DNA from: an uncultured Gammaproteobacteria bacterium
GTDB lineage: Bacteria; Patescibacteriota; Microgenomatia; Levybacterales; UBA12049
Length of the DNA: 64,000 nt
Direction of reading: 5' to 3'
Assembly (NCBI GenBank): GCA_964474445.1
Contig: CAYYSJ010000005.1
Span: 17,835 to 81,834 of the forward strand
Translations under genes and position numbers: made by a program
The notes under the pieces: model-generated
Told to the model about the DNA's origin: nothing
The model's database searches: none
Seen by the model: the letters and a program-made list of their open reading frames with translations, nothing else
Part shown: piece after piece, positions 41,519 to 50,987 of the stretch
Position numbering within the stretch: position 1 is the stretch's first letter
Layout of the letters: every line of letters starts with the position of its first letter

Positions 41519-42181
41519 TTACTTCCCCTTCTTCTCAAGGGCTTGTTTCGCTGCGTTTTCTTCTGCTTCTTGCTTTGATTTTCCTTTTCCTTCGCCAAGG
41601 AGGACGTCCTTCACATACACGCCTACGGTAAATACCTTTGCGTGTGAAGGGCCTTCTTCAGTTATCACTTTATATACAGGTGAAGCATGTGTTTGAGCCT
41701 GCATTTGTTCCTGGAACAGACTTTTTGGATCTTTAAAGTTCTTTTTTGCAACAATTGCGTCCATTTTTGGGAACAGTGTTTCTTTGATAAAGTGTTCTAC
41801 GACCTCTATTCCTTGATCTAGGAAGAGAGCTCCGATAAATGCTTCAAATGAATCAGCAAGAAGACTTTGGTTTTCCCGTCCTTTTGCATCTTCTTCTCCT
41901 TTAGAGAGTTTCAGGTATTCACCAAACCCTAATTCCTTTGCTGTTTCGGCTAAGGTTTTGGTATTGACCAGAAGGGACCTGATATTGGTGAGGGTTCCTT
42001 CATGATATTCTGGATATTTTCGAAACAGTTCTTGGGAAACAATGTAGGAAAGGATACTATCCCCTAAAAATTCGAGTCGTTCATTAGAATCAACTTTTTG
42101 CTTTGACTCATTAAGATATGACCTATGGGTAAAGGCTTGATGGAATAAGCTTTGGTTTTTAAATGTTGGTAATTGTGTCAT
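41519..42181 (-). CDS. rnc: Ribonuclease III
   Basis: RNase III signature ERLEFLGDSILS and a C-terminal dsRBD. Confidence 0.9.
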   Translation of the reverse strand: MTQLPTFKNQSLFHQAFTHRSYLNESKQKVDSNERLEFLGDSILSYIVSQELFRKYPEYHEGTLTNIRSLLVNTKTLAETAKELGFGEYLKLSKGEEDAKGRENQSLLADSFEAFIGALFLDQGIEVVEHFIKETLFPKMDAIVAKKNFKDPKSLFQEQMQAQTHASPVYKVITEEGPSHAKVFTVGVYVKDVLLGEGKGKSKQEAEENAAKQALEKKGK

Positions 42182-42525
42182 TTTTTTACAAAGTGATCTA
42201 AAGCCCCATTCACAAAGGCTGAGCTGCTTTGGCCTCCATATTCCTTTGCAAGCTCAATTGCTTCATCGATAACGACTTTTGCAGGCTCTTTTTTGATCAA
42301 AAGGAGCTCATAGAAAGCTAGTCGCAAAATTGCTAAATCCACCTTGTTAATCTTCTCTATTGGAAATTCAGGGGCAGCTTTTACGATTTCACTATCTAAA
42401 AAATCTTTTTGTTCAAGGATTTTTTGTGCTTCTTGATCTATTTTTTGTGGATGGAAATCACCTTTGAAGAGTTCTTCAACCAACAATTGTCGACGAATAT
42501 GTCGTGGATCAAGAGGATTTTTCAT
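42178..42525 (-). CDS. nusB: Transcription antitermination factor NusB
   Basis: ILRLAFYELL...VVIDEAIELAKEYGG...FVNGAL pattern. 115 aa. Confidence 0.7.
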   Translation of the reverse strand: MKNPLDPRHIRRQLLVEELFKGDFHPQKIDQEAQKILEQKDFLDSEIVKAAPEFPIEKINKVDLAILRLAFYELLLIKKEPAKVVIDEAIELAKEYGGQSSSAFVNGALDHFVKK

Positions 42526-42535
42526 GAGATCCTTA

Positions 42536-42739
42536 TTAATTTCGTGTTACTTTTGCTCGTGTAGAAGTTTTAACAACCTGTGTCCCCTTATAAAATCCGC
42601 ATGTTGCGCAGACTCTATGAGGCACCATTGCGCTTCCACAATTTGGACAAGTAACAACTTTGGTAACTGCAAGTTTAATACTTGCTCGTCTTTTGCCTTT
42701 TCTTTGAATTGAATGTCTTCGTTTCGGTTCGTGTGGCAT
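42536..42739 (-). CDS. rpmF: 50S ribosomal protein L32 (start refined to ATG 42739)
   Basis: MPHEPKRRHSIQRKGKRRAS... with a CPNCG...CATCG zinc ribbon. Confidence 0.8.
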   Translation of the reverse strand: MPHEPKRRHSIQRKGKRRASIKLAVTKVVTCPNCGSAMVPHRVCATCGFYKGTQVVKTSTRAKVTRN

Positions 42740-42834
42740 AGGTTTTAATAGTATCTGTATTTTACTCGATTTTACCAATTTCTGCAAGCTTGGAGTTCTG
42801 AAGACACGTTAACACATGGACAGAAGAGATGCCA

Positions 42835-43110
42835 TTAGTGTTGAGGGGTAATATTATCCACTAAATTCTTAACCCTTTGCAATGCTTCCCTGCTAGAATC
42901 TCCTCGTTCCATATAAAATACACCATAATCAACGACTTGTCTTCTTGTTGCTTTTAACTGAACACTTTTATTCGGATGCTTATCTAAAAAGCTGACAAAC
43001 GGTTGATCAGTTTCCAGATTGGACCAACGTTGTCTGGCAAATTGCACCAGAGGTTTCACTTCGGAATAACTTATATGTTGTTGTGGTATTGCATGTTCAG
43101 GACTTGTCAT
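42835..43110 (-). CDS. Hypothetical protein (91 aa)
   Basis: ORF upstream of rpmF. No motif. Confidence 0.3.
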   Translation of the reverse strand: MTSPEHAIPQQHISYSEVKPLVQFARQRWSNLETDQPFVSFLDKHPNKSVQLKATRRQVVDYGVFYMERGDSSREALQRVKNLVDNITPQH

Positions 43111-43251
43111 ATTGAGGCTATAATAGCAATGGAGTGTGTGATGGCAAGTAAGAAAAGAAACCCTATATTCATCAATATCTTGAAAGAGTTTTGTAATAAA
43201 TTTTTATTAGGATATTGTTATTGGTAATAAAGAAGAATAATAATAGGAATT

Positions 43252-44046
43252 ATGGAAGAGCAAGTAATTTCTCCTGCAAAAACTACTAGAGAAGGGTTTT
43301 CAGTTCCTCGTTACAATCTCGAAAACCTTGGTGAGAAGAACCAGCATATCCAAGATATTCTCAACAGACACCCTATCGCAAAAGACTTGTTACGTCAGCT
43401 TGCAGAGTATCATTCCGGGACGTTTGATCATAGTATTGATGTTGGGAGAGGTGTTTATGCATTTACTACCCAAATAACTTCTCGTGATACTCTTTCTCCT
43501 GATGATATCGAAGCTGTTACGCTTGCAGGACTGCTTCATGATATTGGAAAAATGAAACTGGGAGAAGAAGGCAAAGAGATTCTCTCCTCTCCCCGACCTT
43601 TAACAGATGACGAGAGAACAAAGGTGGAACAGCATGCGAGATTAGGGTTTGTCATGGTAAAAGAGGCTGCTGAAAGAGTTGTCCCCAGGGATAATCTTCT
43701 ATCAGAAGCTGCAAATATTATGATTGCTCATCATGAATTCCAACCAAACCCTTATCCAAGAGATCTACAGAAGGATGATGCAAGAAGAGAACCAAATCCA
43801 AAGAGGCAATTACTCCAACGATATGTTGCAGCTTTTGATCAAGCAGTTGGCCTTGCTCAAGGAGGAGAAGGTGGACATGCATATATGGGAAACAATTTAT
43901 CTGCACGAGAAGTAAGACAAAGACTTATGGTCGATAGAAATAATAACCCAACCGCCCATTTTGCTGATATATCTCCTCGTGTTGTCTATACTCTTGTCAA
44001 AATTGGAGTCATTCAAAATGTTCCTAATCAGGTGAGACATGGTTAA
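43252..44046 (+). CDS. HD-domain phosphohydrolase
   Basis: HSIDVG...GLLHDIGK HD motif. Confidence 0.6.
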   Translation: MEEQVISPAKTTREGFSVPRYNLENLGEKNQHIQDILNRHPIAKDLLRQLAEYHSGTFDHSIDVGRGVYAFTTQITSRDTLSPDDIEAVTLAGLLHDIGKMKLGEEGKEILSSPRPLTDDERTKVEQHARLGFVMVKEAAERVVPRDNLLSEAANIMIAHHEFQPNPYPRDLQKDDARREPNPKRQLLQRYVAAFDQAVGLAQGGEGGHAYMGNNLSAREVRQRLMVDRNNNPTAHFADISPRVVYTLVKIGVIQNVPNQVRHG

Positions 44047-46060
44047 GGGTCAATTCAGTAACTTTTCCCAAAAGTTGTGGGTATTTTTGTAACTCTGGGA
44101 ATACTTTGTTTGCTTCCTGTCTTGCAGTACTAATGAGTTTCATATCACCAATTTGTGCAATTTTTAACCATGCTTTTCCATGTTGGAGTGTGCCGTATAG
44201 TTCCCCTGCTCCTCTCAGTTTTAAATCCAACTCTGCCAGCTCTGCTCCGTTATGGATTTTTTCCAAGGATTTGAGTCTATGAATGGTACCGGGGGATCTT
44301 GACTCGGTAAACAAGAGACAATAGGATTGCTTTTCCCCTCTTCCCACTCTTCCTCGCAGTTGGTGTAACCCGGCAAGACCAAAGCGTTCTGCTGCCTCAA
44401 TAACAATTATAGTTGCATTAGGAATATCGATACCAACCTCAACGACAGGTGTTGCAACCAAAATGTCTATCTTCTTATCCCGAAAATCCTGAAGAATTGC
44501 ATCTTTTTCTTTTGGCCGCTGCTTTCCATGCAGAAGTCCTAATCGAAGTTTTGGAAATACATGCTTTTGTAGTCTTTCAAATTCAACAGCAGCAGCTTTT
44601 ACAGTTGTCATACTTTCTGACTCTTCGATAAATGGACATACAATAAAGGCTTGGTCTCCTTCATTCACTTTTCCTTCAATCCACTTGTATGCTCCCTCTC
44701 GTTTTATTTCTGGGATAAGCCAGGTTTTAATGATTTGTCTTCCTTTTGGCAGTTCATCGATAACAGAAAGGTCCAAATCACTGTAGAGAGTGAGAGCAAC
44801 AGTACGAGGAATTGGTGTTGCTGTCATGGTTAAAACATGAGGATTTTCTCCTTTTTCTCTCATAACTCCCCGCTGTTGTACGCCAAATCGATGTTGCTCA
44901 TCAATAACGATAAGACCAAGTTTCTCAAATTGAACTGTTTCTGCAAGAACTGCATGGGTACCAACGAGGATATCAGTATTATGTGGTTTTTTACTCTCCT
45001 TCTCTTTTACCGTTTTACTGTTTCCTGTTTGCAGCCCAACAGTTATCCCTAGTGGCGTAAGGAGTTTGTTCAGTGTTTGGTAATGTTGCTCAGCCAAAAT
45101 CTGTGTTGGTGCCATGAGGACTGATTGGAACCCATTTAAAAAAGCAAGATACATGGCAATGCCAGCAACAACTGTTTTTCCTGATCCAACGTCTCCCTGA
45201 ACAAGTCGGTTCATTGGCTCTGTTTTTTCCAAGTCTTTGAAAATTTCATGAATCACTCGTCGTTGTGCATTCGTTGGTTCAAAAGGAAGCTGCTCCCAGA
45301 ATTTTTGAATGTCTTTTTCAAATTTCTCAATGGTAAATGCGTGTCCTTTTAATTTCTGTCTCCATTCTGACTTTCTCTGCAGTGCTGCGAGTTGCAGAAG
45401 AAAGACTTCATCAAATCCAAGTCGTTCTCGTGCTTTTTCTGCTTTTTCCAAAGACTCTGGAAAATGAATTTCATGTAATGCAGAGGAATAATCCATTAAT
45501 CCTAAGGTGTGGAGTGTGGGCTTTGGTAAAAAGTCAGTCAACTCATCTGTTTTCTGAAGCAGTTTATATACCTGTCGTCGAAGCCATTTTGAAGAAACTC
45601 CTGCAGTCTCCGGATAGACAGGAACAAGTCTTCCTGTGTGAATGGTATGACCGTCTTCTGGAATGATTTCAAAATCAGGTGCAGTAAGAGAGAGTAAAAA
45701 TCCATCGCTTTCAATTCGTCCGGAAAGAGCAATCTTATCACCAAATTTGAGTGTTTTGGTAATAAAGGGTTGATTAAACCAGACAATGTTGATACTTCCT
45801 GTTGGATCAGTAACTTGCGCTTTTTGGATTTGTTTATGACTTTTTGTATAGTGGTTGGAAATATCAGTAATAGTTCCTTGAATCGTAACGACCTCTCCTG
45901 CTTTGACGTTTGTAATAGGGGTAATAAGGGAATAGTCATCATAGCGATGAGGGAGATGGTATAAAAAATCTTTCAGAGTGAGAATTTCTAGATTCTCCAA
46001 CCTCTTTGCATACATGTGGTAGAGTTTGCCTGCATCGGCAACAGGAGTAGAAAGATTCAT
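44024..46060 (-). CDS. recG: ATP-dependent DNA helicase RecG
   Basis: Walker A GDVGSGKT, DEQH box, TATPIPRT motif, N-terminal wedge domain. 678 aa. Confidence 0.9.
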   Translation of the reverse strand: MNLSTPVADAGKLYHMYAKRLENLEILTLKDFLYHLPHRYDDYSLITPITNVKAGEVVTIQGTITDISNHYTKSHKQIQKAQVTDPTGSINIVWFNQPFITKTLKFGDKIALSGRIESDGFLLSLTAPDFEIIPEDGHTIHTGRLVPVYPETAGVSSKWLRRQVYKLLQKTDELTDFLPKPTLHTLGLMDYSSALHEIHFPESLEKAEKARERLGFDEVFLLQLAALQRKSEWRQKLKGHAFTIEKFEKDIQKFWEQLPFEPTNAQRRVIHEIFKDLEKTEPMNRLVQGDVGSGKTVVAGIAMYLAFLNGFQSVLMAPTQILAEQHYQTLNKLLTPLGITVGLQTGNSKTVKEKESKKPHNTDILVGTHAVLAETVQFEKLGLIVIDEQHRFGVQQRGVMREKGENPHVLTMTATPIPRTVALTLYSDLDLSVIDELPKGRQIIKTWLIPEIKREGAYKWIEGKVNEGDQAFIVCPFIEESESMTTVKAAAVEFERLQKHVFPKLRLGLLHGKQRPKEKDAILQDFRDKKIDILVATPVVEVGIDIPNATIIVIEAAERFGLAGLHQLRGRVGRGEKQSYCLLFTESRSPGTIHRLKSLEKIHNGAELAELDLKLRGAGELYGTLQHGKAWLKIAQIGDMKLISTARQEANKVFPELQKYPQLLGKVTELTLNHVSPD

Positions 46061-46262
46061 AGTACTAATTGTTTCACTGTTATATTGCTACATTGATGGA
46101 CTTATTGCAACTATGAATCTATCGTCCAAGTGCGAGATATGGAAGGAGTGCCCCAAGGACAAGCGCAATACTTGAGATTGCAATAAGTACTTTTAAAACC
46201 CACTGATGTTTTCTAAAAAATTCCATATGATAGGTTATGATATCCTCTCTATTTCAAACCCA

Positions 46263-47459
46263 TTATTCTTGTACTGTTACTTTTACAAACTTTCTCTTTC
46301 CTACTTTTACAACAACAGAATCTTCTATTGCAACCTCTTTTGCAGGATTTTCTTGCCTTTCCTCATCAATCATAACTCCTCCCTGCTCTACTAATCTCTT
46401 TGCTTCTGTTTTGCTGTTTGCAAGACCAAGTCTCACCAGTAAGTCTGCAAGTTGGAAAAGGTTCTCTGATGCGCTAACTGTAACAACAGGGATTTCATCT
46501 GGTATTTCCTTGTTCTGAACTGTCCTTTCAAAATATGCTGCTGCCTCTTGTGCTGCATCTTCACCATGGAATTCTTTAACTATCTCAAGAGCGAGTTCTT
46601 TCTTGATACGCATTGGATGCTCGCCTGATGCAAGACGTGTTTCAACGTCATAGACCTTTTCCATAGGGACACGGGTTCCCAGTTTGAAGTAATTGACAAT
46701 GAGGTCATCTTCAATAGCCATAACTTTTGCAAACATATCTCGTGGTTCTTCCTCAAGCCAAATTGCGTTTCCTCCAGTTTTGGACATTTTTTTGCCATCT
46801 GTCCCAATCAAGAATTCCATAGTCAGGACAAAAGAATCTTTGTTTCGCAAATCTTTTTGCAGTGTTCTTCCTGCTTGCATATTAAATGTTTGATCAGTAC
46901 CACCTATTTGAATATCAGTATCCAAAAAGTAACTGTCATATCCTTGCATAACAGGATACAATACTTCATGAAGACCTACCCGTTTATTTTCCTGTAATCG
47001 TTTTCTGATAAGTTCCCGTCCAACAAAATCTCCAACTGCGAAATGTTGCGTAAGTTTGACAATCTCTGTAAATGGTAGTTTGGATAACCATTCACTATTA
47101 TGGACAACTCGTACTTTAGAGAAATCAACAATTTTTTCTGCCTGCTTTTTATAGGTTTGAAAATTCTCATGAATTTGTTCAGAGGTAAGGACCGGTCTTT
47201 CAGAATCTTTATCTGATGTATCTCCGATAAGTGCGGTGAAGTCTCCAATAAGAAAGGTAACAGTGTGTCCTAATTCTGCAAATGCTTGTAGTTTTCGTAA
47301 AGGAACAGCATGACCTAAATGAATTTTTGTTGCGGTAGGATCAATGCCTAAATAGATATGTAATTTTTCTCCGGAATCTAAACGTTTTCTGAGTTCTTCT
47401 TTTCCAGGGATAATATTTGCTACACCTCGTGTGAGTACTTCTTCAATCTTGTCATTCAT
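46263..47459 (-). CDS. tyrS: Tyrosyl-tRNA synthetase
   Basis: HIGH-class motif (IHLGHAVPL), KMSKT motif (KMSKTGGNAIWL), C-terminal S4 domain. Confidence 0.9.
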   Translation of the reverse strand: MNDKIEEVLTRGVANIIPGKEELRKRLDSGEKLHIYLGIDPTATKIHLGHAVPLRKLQAFAELGHTVTFLIGDFTALIGDTSDKDSERPVLTSEQIHENFQTYKKQAEKIVDFSKVRVVHNSEWLSKLPFTEIVKLTQHFAVGDFVGRELIRKRLQENKRVGLHEVLYPVMQGYDSYFLDTDIQIGGTDQTFNMQAGRTLQKDLRNKDSFVLTMEFLIGTDGKKMSKTGGNAIWLEEEPRDMFAKVMAIEDDLIVNYFKLGTRVPMEKVYDVETRLASGEHPMRIKKELALEIVKEFHGEDAAQEAAAYFERTVQNKEIPDEIPVVTVSASENLFQLADLLVRLGLANSKTEAKRLVEQGGVMIDEERQENPAKEVAIEDSVVVKVGKRKFVKVTVQE

Positions 47460-47492
47460 AGCTTAAAGTATAACACGCTCATGTAATTTCTG

Positions 47493-47753
47493 CTATTGCC
47501 TTGCAACCACAAGAAATCTTGTCAGATTATCTTTTTTATCCTGCAAATCTTTTGCAATAATATCAAAATGATAGTGATCAGCAAGAGTCTTAGGGCCTAA
47601 AATTGCCGTGGTTGATGGAAGATTTCCTTTTGCCAATTCTTCTGCTGCTTTTGCTGTATCAACAAGATCTCCTTCTCCACTCATAAGAGTAAGATGTGAG
47701 TATGTTGCTCGCAATGTTTGCTCACATTGTTTGAATACTTGAGGGTGAGCCAT
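47493..47753 (-). CDS. pheA: C-terminal portion of the prephenate dehydratase (PDT) domain. In frame with the upstream ORF across a single TGA at 47778-47780.
   Basis: MAHPQVFKQCEQTL... aligns to the PDT core (SHPQALAQC in E. coli PheA). The reading frame is the same as ORF 47778..48824. Confidence 0.6.
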   Translation of the reverse strand: MAHPQVFKQCEQTLRATYSHLTLMSGEGDLVDTAKAAEELAKGNLPSTTAILGPKTLADHYHFDIIAKDLQDKKDNLTRFLVVARQ

Positions 47754-47777
47754 AATTGTTGTAATATCCTTTTCTTC

Positions 47778-48824
47778 TCAATCGTTTCGTTTCATGAGAA
47801 AGTGACGTATGAGAAGAGTAAAGTCTTCTACAATAACAAACTTGTACCTTGCCATTGCTTGTAGAGACTCCTCAACGAGTCCTCCTGTTGCATTAGAAAT
47901 GGCAAAAAGCCCATAATCAATCGTTCCTTCATACAGATGTTGTAACACTTTCTCTGATGTATAGAGATACTGGGTCGTGTGTTTTTCTACTCCATGACTT
48001 AAAAGGTAGAGTTGTAGTGCTTCTTCATTAAAACTCCCTTTTCCTCCTTGGATACCAAATGTCAAAAAATCAGGATCCACTTGGTTTGGGAGTAACTCAT
48101 TGTACAGTGTATCGAACGCTTGCCCTATCTGGATTCTCATTGCTTTTGTAGATGGATTGTATGTCTGTAAGTCATGGAAAAGTTCTCGTGTATCGTTACA
48201 TGTTTGATCTTTCACTTCTAACAATTTTTTTGTCCCAAGTGAATCAATTGGTGTTGGTTGAAAATGTACTTTTTCAAGAAGTCTTCCAACAAAATGCGTT
48301 ACTCCTTGAGACCGTGCTGCATAATCATCATGTTCTTCTGCTGACATCTCTACAACTCGAAGTTGTTTCCTTTCAAAATATTCTTTCCAGAAACGATATG
48401 TCTCATCTGTTGTTTTGAATTGATCAAGAATAATAGGGAGTCCTGAAAATCCATCTTTGCTACTATCGGGACCAAACATCGGATGGGTTAGTAATACTTG
48501 ATTGGTATGAATATATGTTTCACATATTTTTTTCGGGTGTACTTTTACTGACAATACATCAATAAGAATATTGTACGGTTTTATATGCAGTTGGTGTTCT
48601 TGTATAACGGATGCAAATGCATTAATTGGGACAGCATAAAAAATAGCATCACTTTCATATACTTCATCAAGTGTTGTTGCAATAGTTGTATGTTTTGTAA
48701 AATGTTCTCTCTCCGTAGGTGGGATAGTGCTTCTGTTAAAAATGGTAATAGCAAAGTCGTCTTTTAGTAAACGATAAAGGGTTTTTCCAAATCTTCCAAA
48801 TCCAACAATGCTGACTGTCTTCAT
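47778..48824 (-). CDS. tyrA: Prephenate dehydrogenase (TyrA) fused to the N-terminal part of prephenate dehydratase. Terminated by an in-frame TGA.
   Basis: N-terminal Rossmann IVGFGRFGKTL (TyrA). From about residue 250 the PDT motifs follow: LTFGIQGGKGSFNEEA...GLFAISNATGGLVEES. Confidence 0.7.
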   Translation of the reverse strand: MKTVSIVGFGRFGKTLYRLLKDDFAITIFNRSTIPPTEREHFTKHTTIATTLDEVYESDAIFYAVPINAFASVIQEHQLHIKPYNILIDVLSVKVHPKKICETYIHTNQVLLTHPMFGPDSSKDGFSGLPIILDQFKTTDETYRFWKEYFERKQLRVVEMSAEEHDDYAARSQGVTHFVGRLLEKVHFQPTPIDSLGTKKLLEVKDQTCNDTRELFHDLQTYNPSTKAMRIQIGQAFDTLYNELLPNQVDPDFLTFGIQGGKGSFNEEALQLYLLSHGVEKHTTQYLYTSEKVLQHLYEGTIDYGLFAISNATGGLVEESLQAMARYKFVIVEDFTLLIRHFLMKRND

Positions 48825-49966
48825 AAGTAGGTATCAAGATCAGTAGTATCGGCGCAAATACTTGCACGAATATATTTTTTGCCATTGTTTCCAAATGCTG
48901 ACCCTGGTGCAAAAAAGACTTGTTTTTCTCGAAGGATTTTTAACACATAGCTTTCGGAATCAGGTTCATTATCAGGGATTTTTGCCCAAATATATAATCC
49001 TCCTTTTGGAAGAGTGAAGGTCAAACCTAATGCTGTCAGTTTTTCAGCGATTTTGTCTCTTCTTTTTTGATAACTTTCTATCATTGCTTGATGCCACGAG
49101 TTGTCTGGGTGAGAAAGTGCAAAAGCACCTAGTTCTTGCAGAGGAAGTGACATACCTGAATCAAGTTGCGATTTTATTTTCGTTAATGCGTCAATCACGT
49201 GTTTATTTCCAACAATCCACCCCATTCGATATCCAGCAAATGAATAACTTTTTGAAAAAGATCCTATTTCAACTGCAACATCTTTTGCTCCTGCTATTTC
49301 TAAAATACTGGGAGCAACAACTCCATTAAAGGTAATTTCTGAATATGCGTTGTCATAAATGAGAACAATATTGTGTTTTTTTGCAAATTGGACAAGTGGA
49401 ATAAGTTGTTCTTTTGTTGCAACTTGTCCTGTTGGATTAGAAGGAAAATTAACCCATAAACACTTTGTTTTAGGAGTAATTTTTGCAGCAAGTTCCTTCA
49501 TGTCAATTGGATTCTCTCCATCTATATGAAGTGTATAGGGAACAGGAACACCACCAAAAAGTAGGATCGGTCCACTAAAACCAGGGTATCCTGGGTCTGG
49601 TACAAGAGCTTGATCTCCCTCGTCAAGAAGAGCCAAGGAAATATGACTTGTCCCGTCTTTTCCCCCTAAGAGTGGCAGTAATTCATCTTCTGAAAGTTCT
49701 ACTCCAAACCGTTTTTTGTACCACTCTATGAGTGCAGATGCAAATGATGGTATTGCCTTGTACCCAGGATACAGATGCGCCTTTGGTGCATCAAGAAGTT
49801 CTTGATATTTCTCTACATAGAGTTTGCTTGGTGGTACATCCGGAGATCCGATTCCTAAATTGATCACCTTTCTTCCTGATTCTTTTTCTACTTCTTTGAT
49901 CACTTTGTTCATTCGAGAGAAAATGTATTCGGGGAAATTATTGAGCCGTTTTGCAAGCTGTATCAT
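48821..49966 (-). CDS. Class I/II pyridoxal-phosphate aminotransferase (probable aromatic/aspartate aminotransferase)
   Basis: PLP-Lys region SFSKSYSFAGYRMGW. N-terminal NLGIGSPD. 4-nt overlaps with both neighbours. Confidence 0.8.
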   Translation of the reverse strand: MIQLAKRLNNFPEYIFSRMNKVIKEVEKESGRKVINLGIGSPDVPPSKLYVEKYQELLDAPKAHLYPGYKAIPSFASALIEWYKKRFGVELSEDELLPLLGGKDGTSHISLALLDEGDQALVPDPGYPGFSGPILLFGGVPVPYTLHIDGENPIDMKELAAKITPKTKCLWVNFPSNPTGQVATKEQLIPLVQFAKKHNIVLIYDNAYSEITFNGVVAPSILEIAGAKDVAVEIGSFSKSYSFAGYRMGWIVGNKHVIDALTKIKSQLDSGMSLPLQELGAFALSHPDNSWHQAMIESYQKRRDKIAEKLTALGLTFTLPKGGLYIWAKIPDNEPDSESYVLKILREKQVFFAPGSAFGNNGKKYIRASICADTTDLDTYL

Positions 49967-50232
49967 ACTTGTTCCTCTTTCTTCAATGATTCTTTATGAA
50001 TAGTGTTCCAAATAGTTATGATGAACTCTTCTGTAAGTCCGAGTTGTTTTCCTATTTCTGTTCGCGTTTTCACGACTTCGTCCCACCGTGCTTTATCTAA
50101 TGGAGGTATGTTTTGTATTTTTTTCAGTTTTCCAATGTTACTCACAATTTCCATTCTTTTTGCCAATATGTGCAGTAATGTGTTATCTACCTCATCAAGT
50201 TCTTTTCGCAGTGCTGCAAGGTGTTTATTCAT
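49963..50232 (-). CDS. Chorismate mutase (AroQ class)
   Basis: LRKELDEVDNTLLHILAKRMEIVSNIGKLK fits the AroQ helix-1 pattern. 89 aa. ATGA overlaps. Confidence 0.75.
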   Translation of the reverse strand: MNKHLAALRKELDEVDNTLLHILAKRMEIVSNIGKLKKIQNIPPLDKARWDEVVKTRTEIGKQLGLTEEFIITIWNTIHKESLKKEEQV

Positions 50233-50987
50233 TTCCAGTCCTCCATGATGGTGTCAAATTCGTCCCATGTCACTTGTTGTTTCGAATCAGTCAACGCATG
50301 TTTTGGATCGTGATGTACTTCAATCATGAGTCCATCTAAATTGTTTTGTGCTGCTTCTTTTGCTAAGTAAAAAACATTGGGGACATTTCCTCCACTGTGT
50401 GATGGGTCAAAGATAACCGGGATTCCGGTCTTTTCTTTTACTCTCTCAGTCATAGCATAATCTGGCTTATTTCGAAGTCCCAGTGGATTATCACCATGAG
50501 GAGAAAATCCCCGATGGCAGTTTATAAGATGATCTTTGTCAACTCCTCCTGAGAGGACATGCTCCACAATACCTTCCCAATGTTCCTCATTTACCCATGG
50601 TTGATTCTTTACTAAAAGAAATGCTCGTTTATCTTTTGCAACAATTTGTGCAATTTCTTTTTGAATAAAATGATTTTGATTTCTTGCACCTATCCATAAC
50701 AGTACTTTTGTATTGGAAACAGCAGAAAGAACAGCGTCCATAACAAGTTGTGCTTGTTTTGGTGTGAGCACTTCTGTTCCCGGATTAACTCCCTGTTTTG
50801 CTGCTGCAATCATCCATGGAATACCTTCCTCCCCTACCCCTTCAAAGCCTGGTTTAGTTCGAGGTTTCCATAAATTAACGCGCAAAAAATCAACATGTCT
50901 TTTCTTTGCTTCTTTAATTGCTATATCGATTTGTTCTTTTGATTCAGCAGCACAGGGCCCGGGAATCATGATTGGTTTTTTCTTCAT
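50229..50987 (-). CDS. 3-deoxy-7-phosphoheptulonate (DAHP) synthase, type I-beta
   Basis: IPGPCAAES, GARN, FDPSHSGG motifs of the KDO8P/DAHP-I-beta family. Confidence 0.85.
   Translation of the reverse strand: MKKKPIMIPGPCAAESKEQIDIAIKEAKKRHVDFLRVNLWKPRTKPGFEGVGEEGIPWMIAAAKQGVNPGTEVLTPKQAQLVMDAVLSAVSNTKVLLWIGARNQNHFIQKEIAQIVAKDKRAFLLVKNQPWVNEEHWEGIVEHVLSGGVDKDHLINCHRGFSPHGDNPLGLRNKPDYAMTERVKEKTGIPVIFDPSHSGGNVPNVFYLAKEAAQNNLDGLMIEVHHDPKHALTDSKQQVTWDEFDTIMEDWK

Noticed and set aside
41503-41598. N-terminal 32-codon basic extension of ribosomal protein S16 (ORF-track start 41598)
   Set aside because: It would overlap the C-terminus of rnc by 80 nt. The canonical S16 N-terminus MLVLRL begins at the internal ATG 41502.
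47460-47492. T-box riboswitch leader upstream of tyrS
   Set aside because: Only 33 nt separate tyrS from the upstream pheA fragment. There is no room for a specifier hairpin or T-box motif. tyrS is more likely read through from the attenuated aro operon.
47493-48824. Global UGA recoding (genetic code 25, as in Gracilibacteria/Absconditabacteria) as the explanation for the in-frame TGA in tyrA-pheA
   Set aside because: Long conserved genes are uninterrupted with standard stops: gyrA 851 aa, gyrB, recG, PBP1A 764 aa, both histidine kinases. Only this one gene shows an internal TGA. A local event (pseudogene, error or site-specific readthrough) is more parsimonious.
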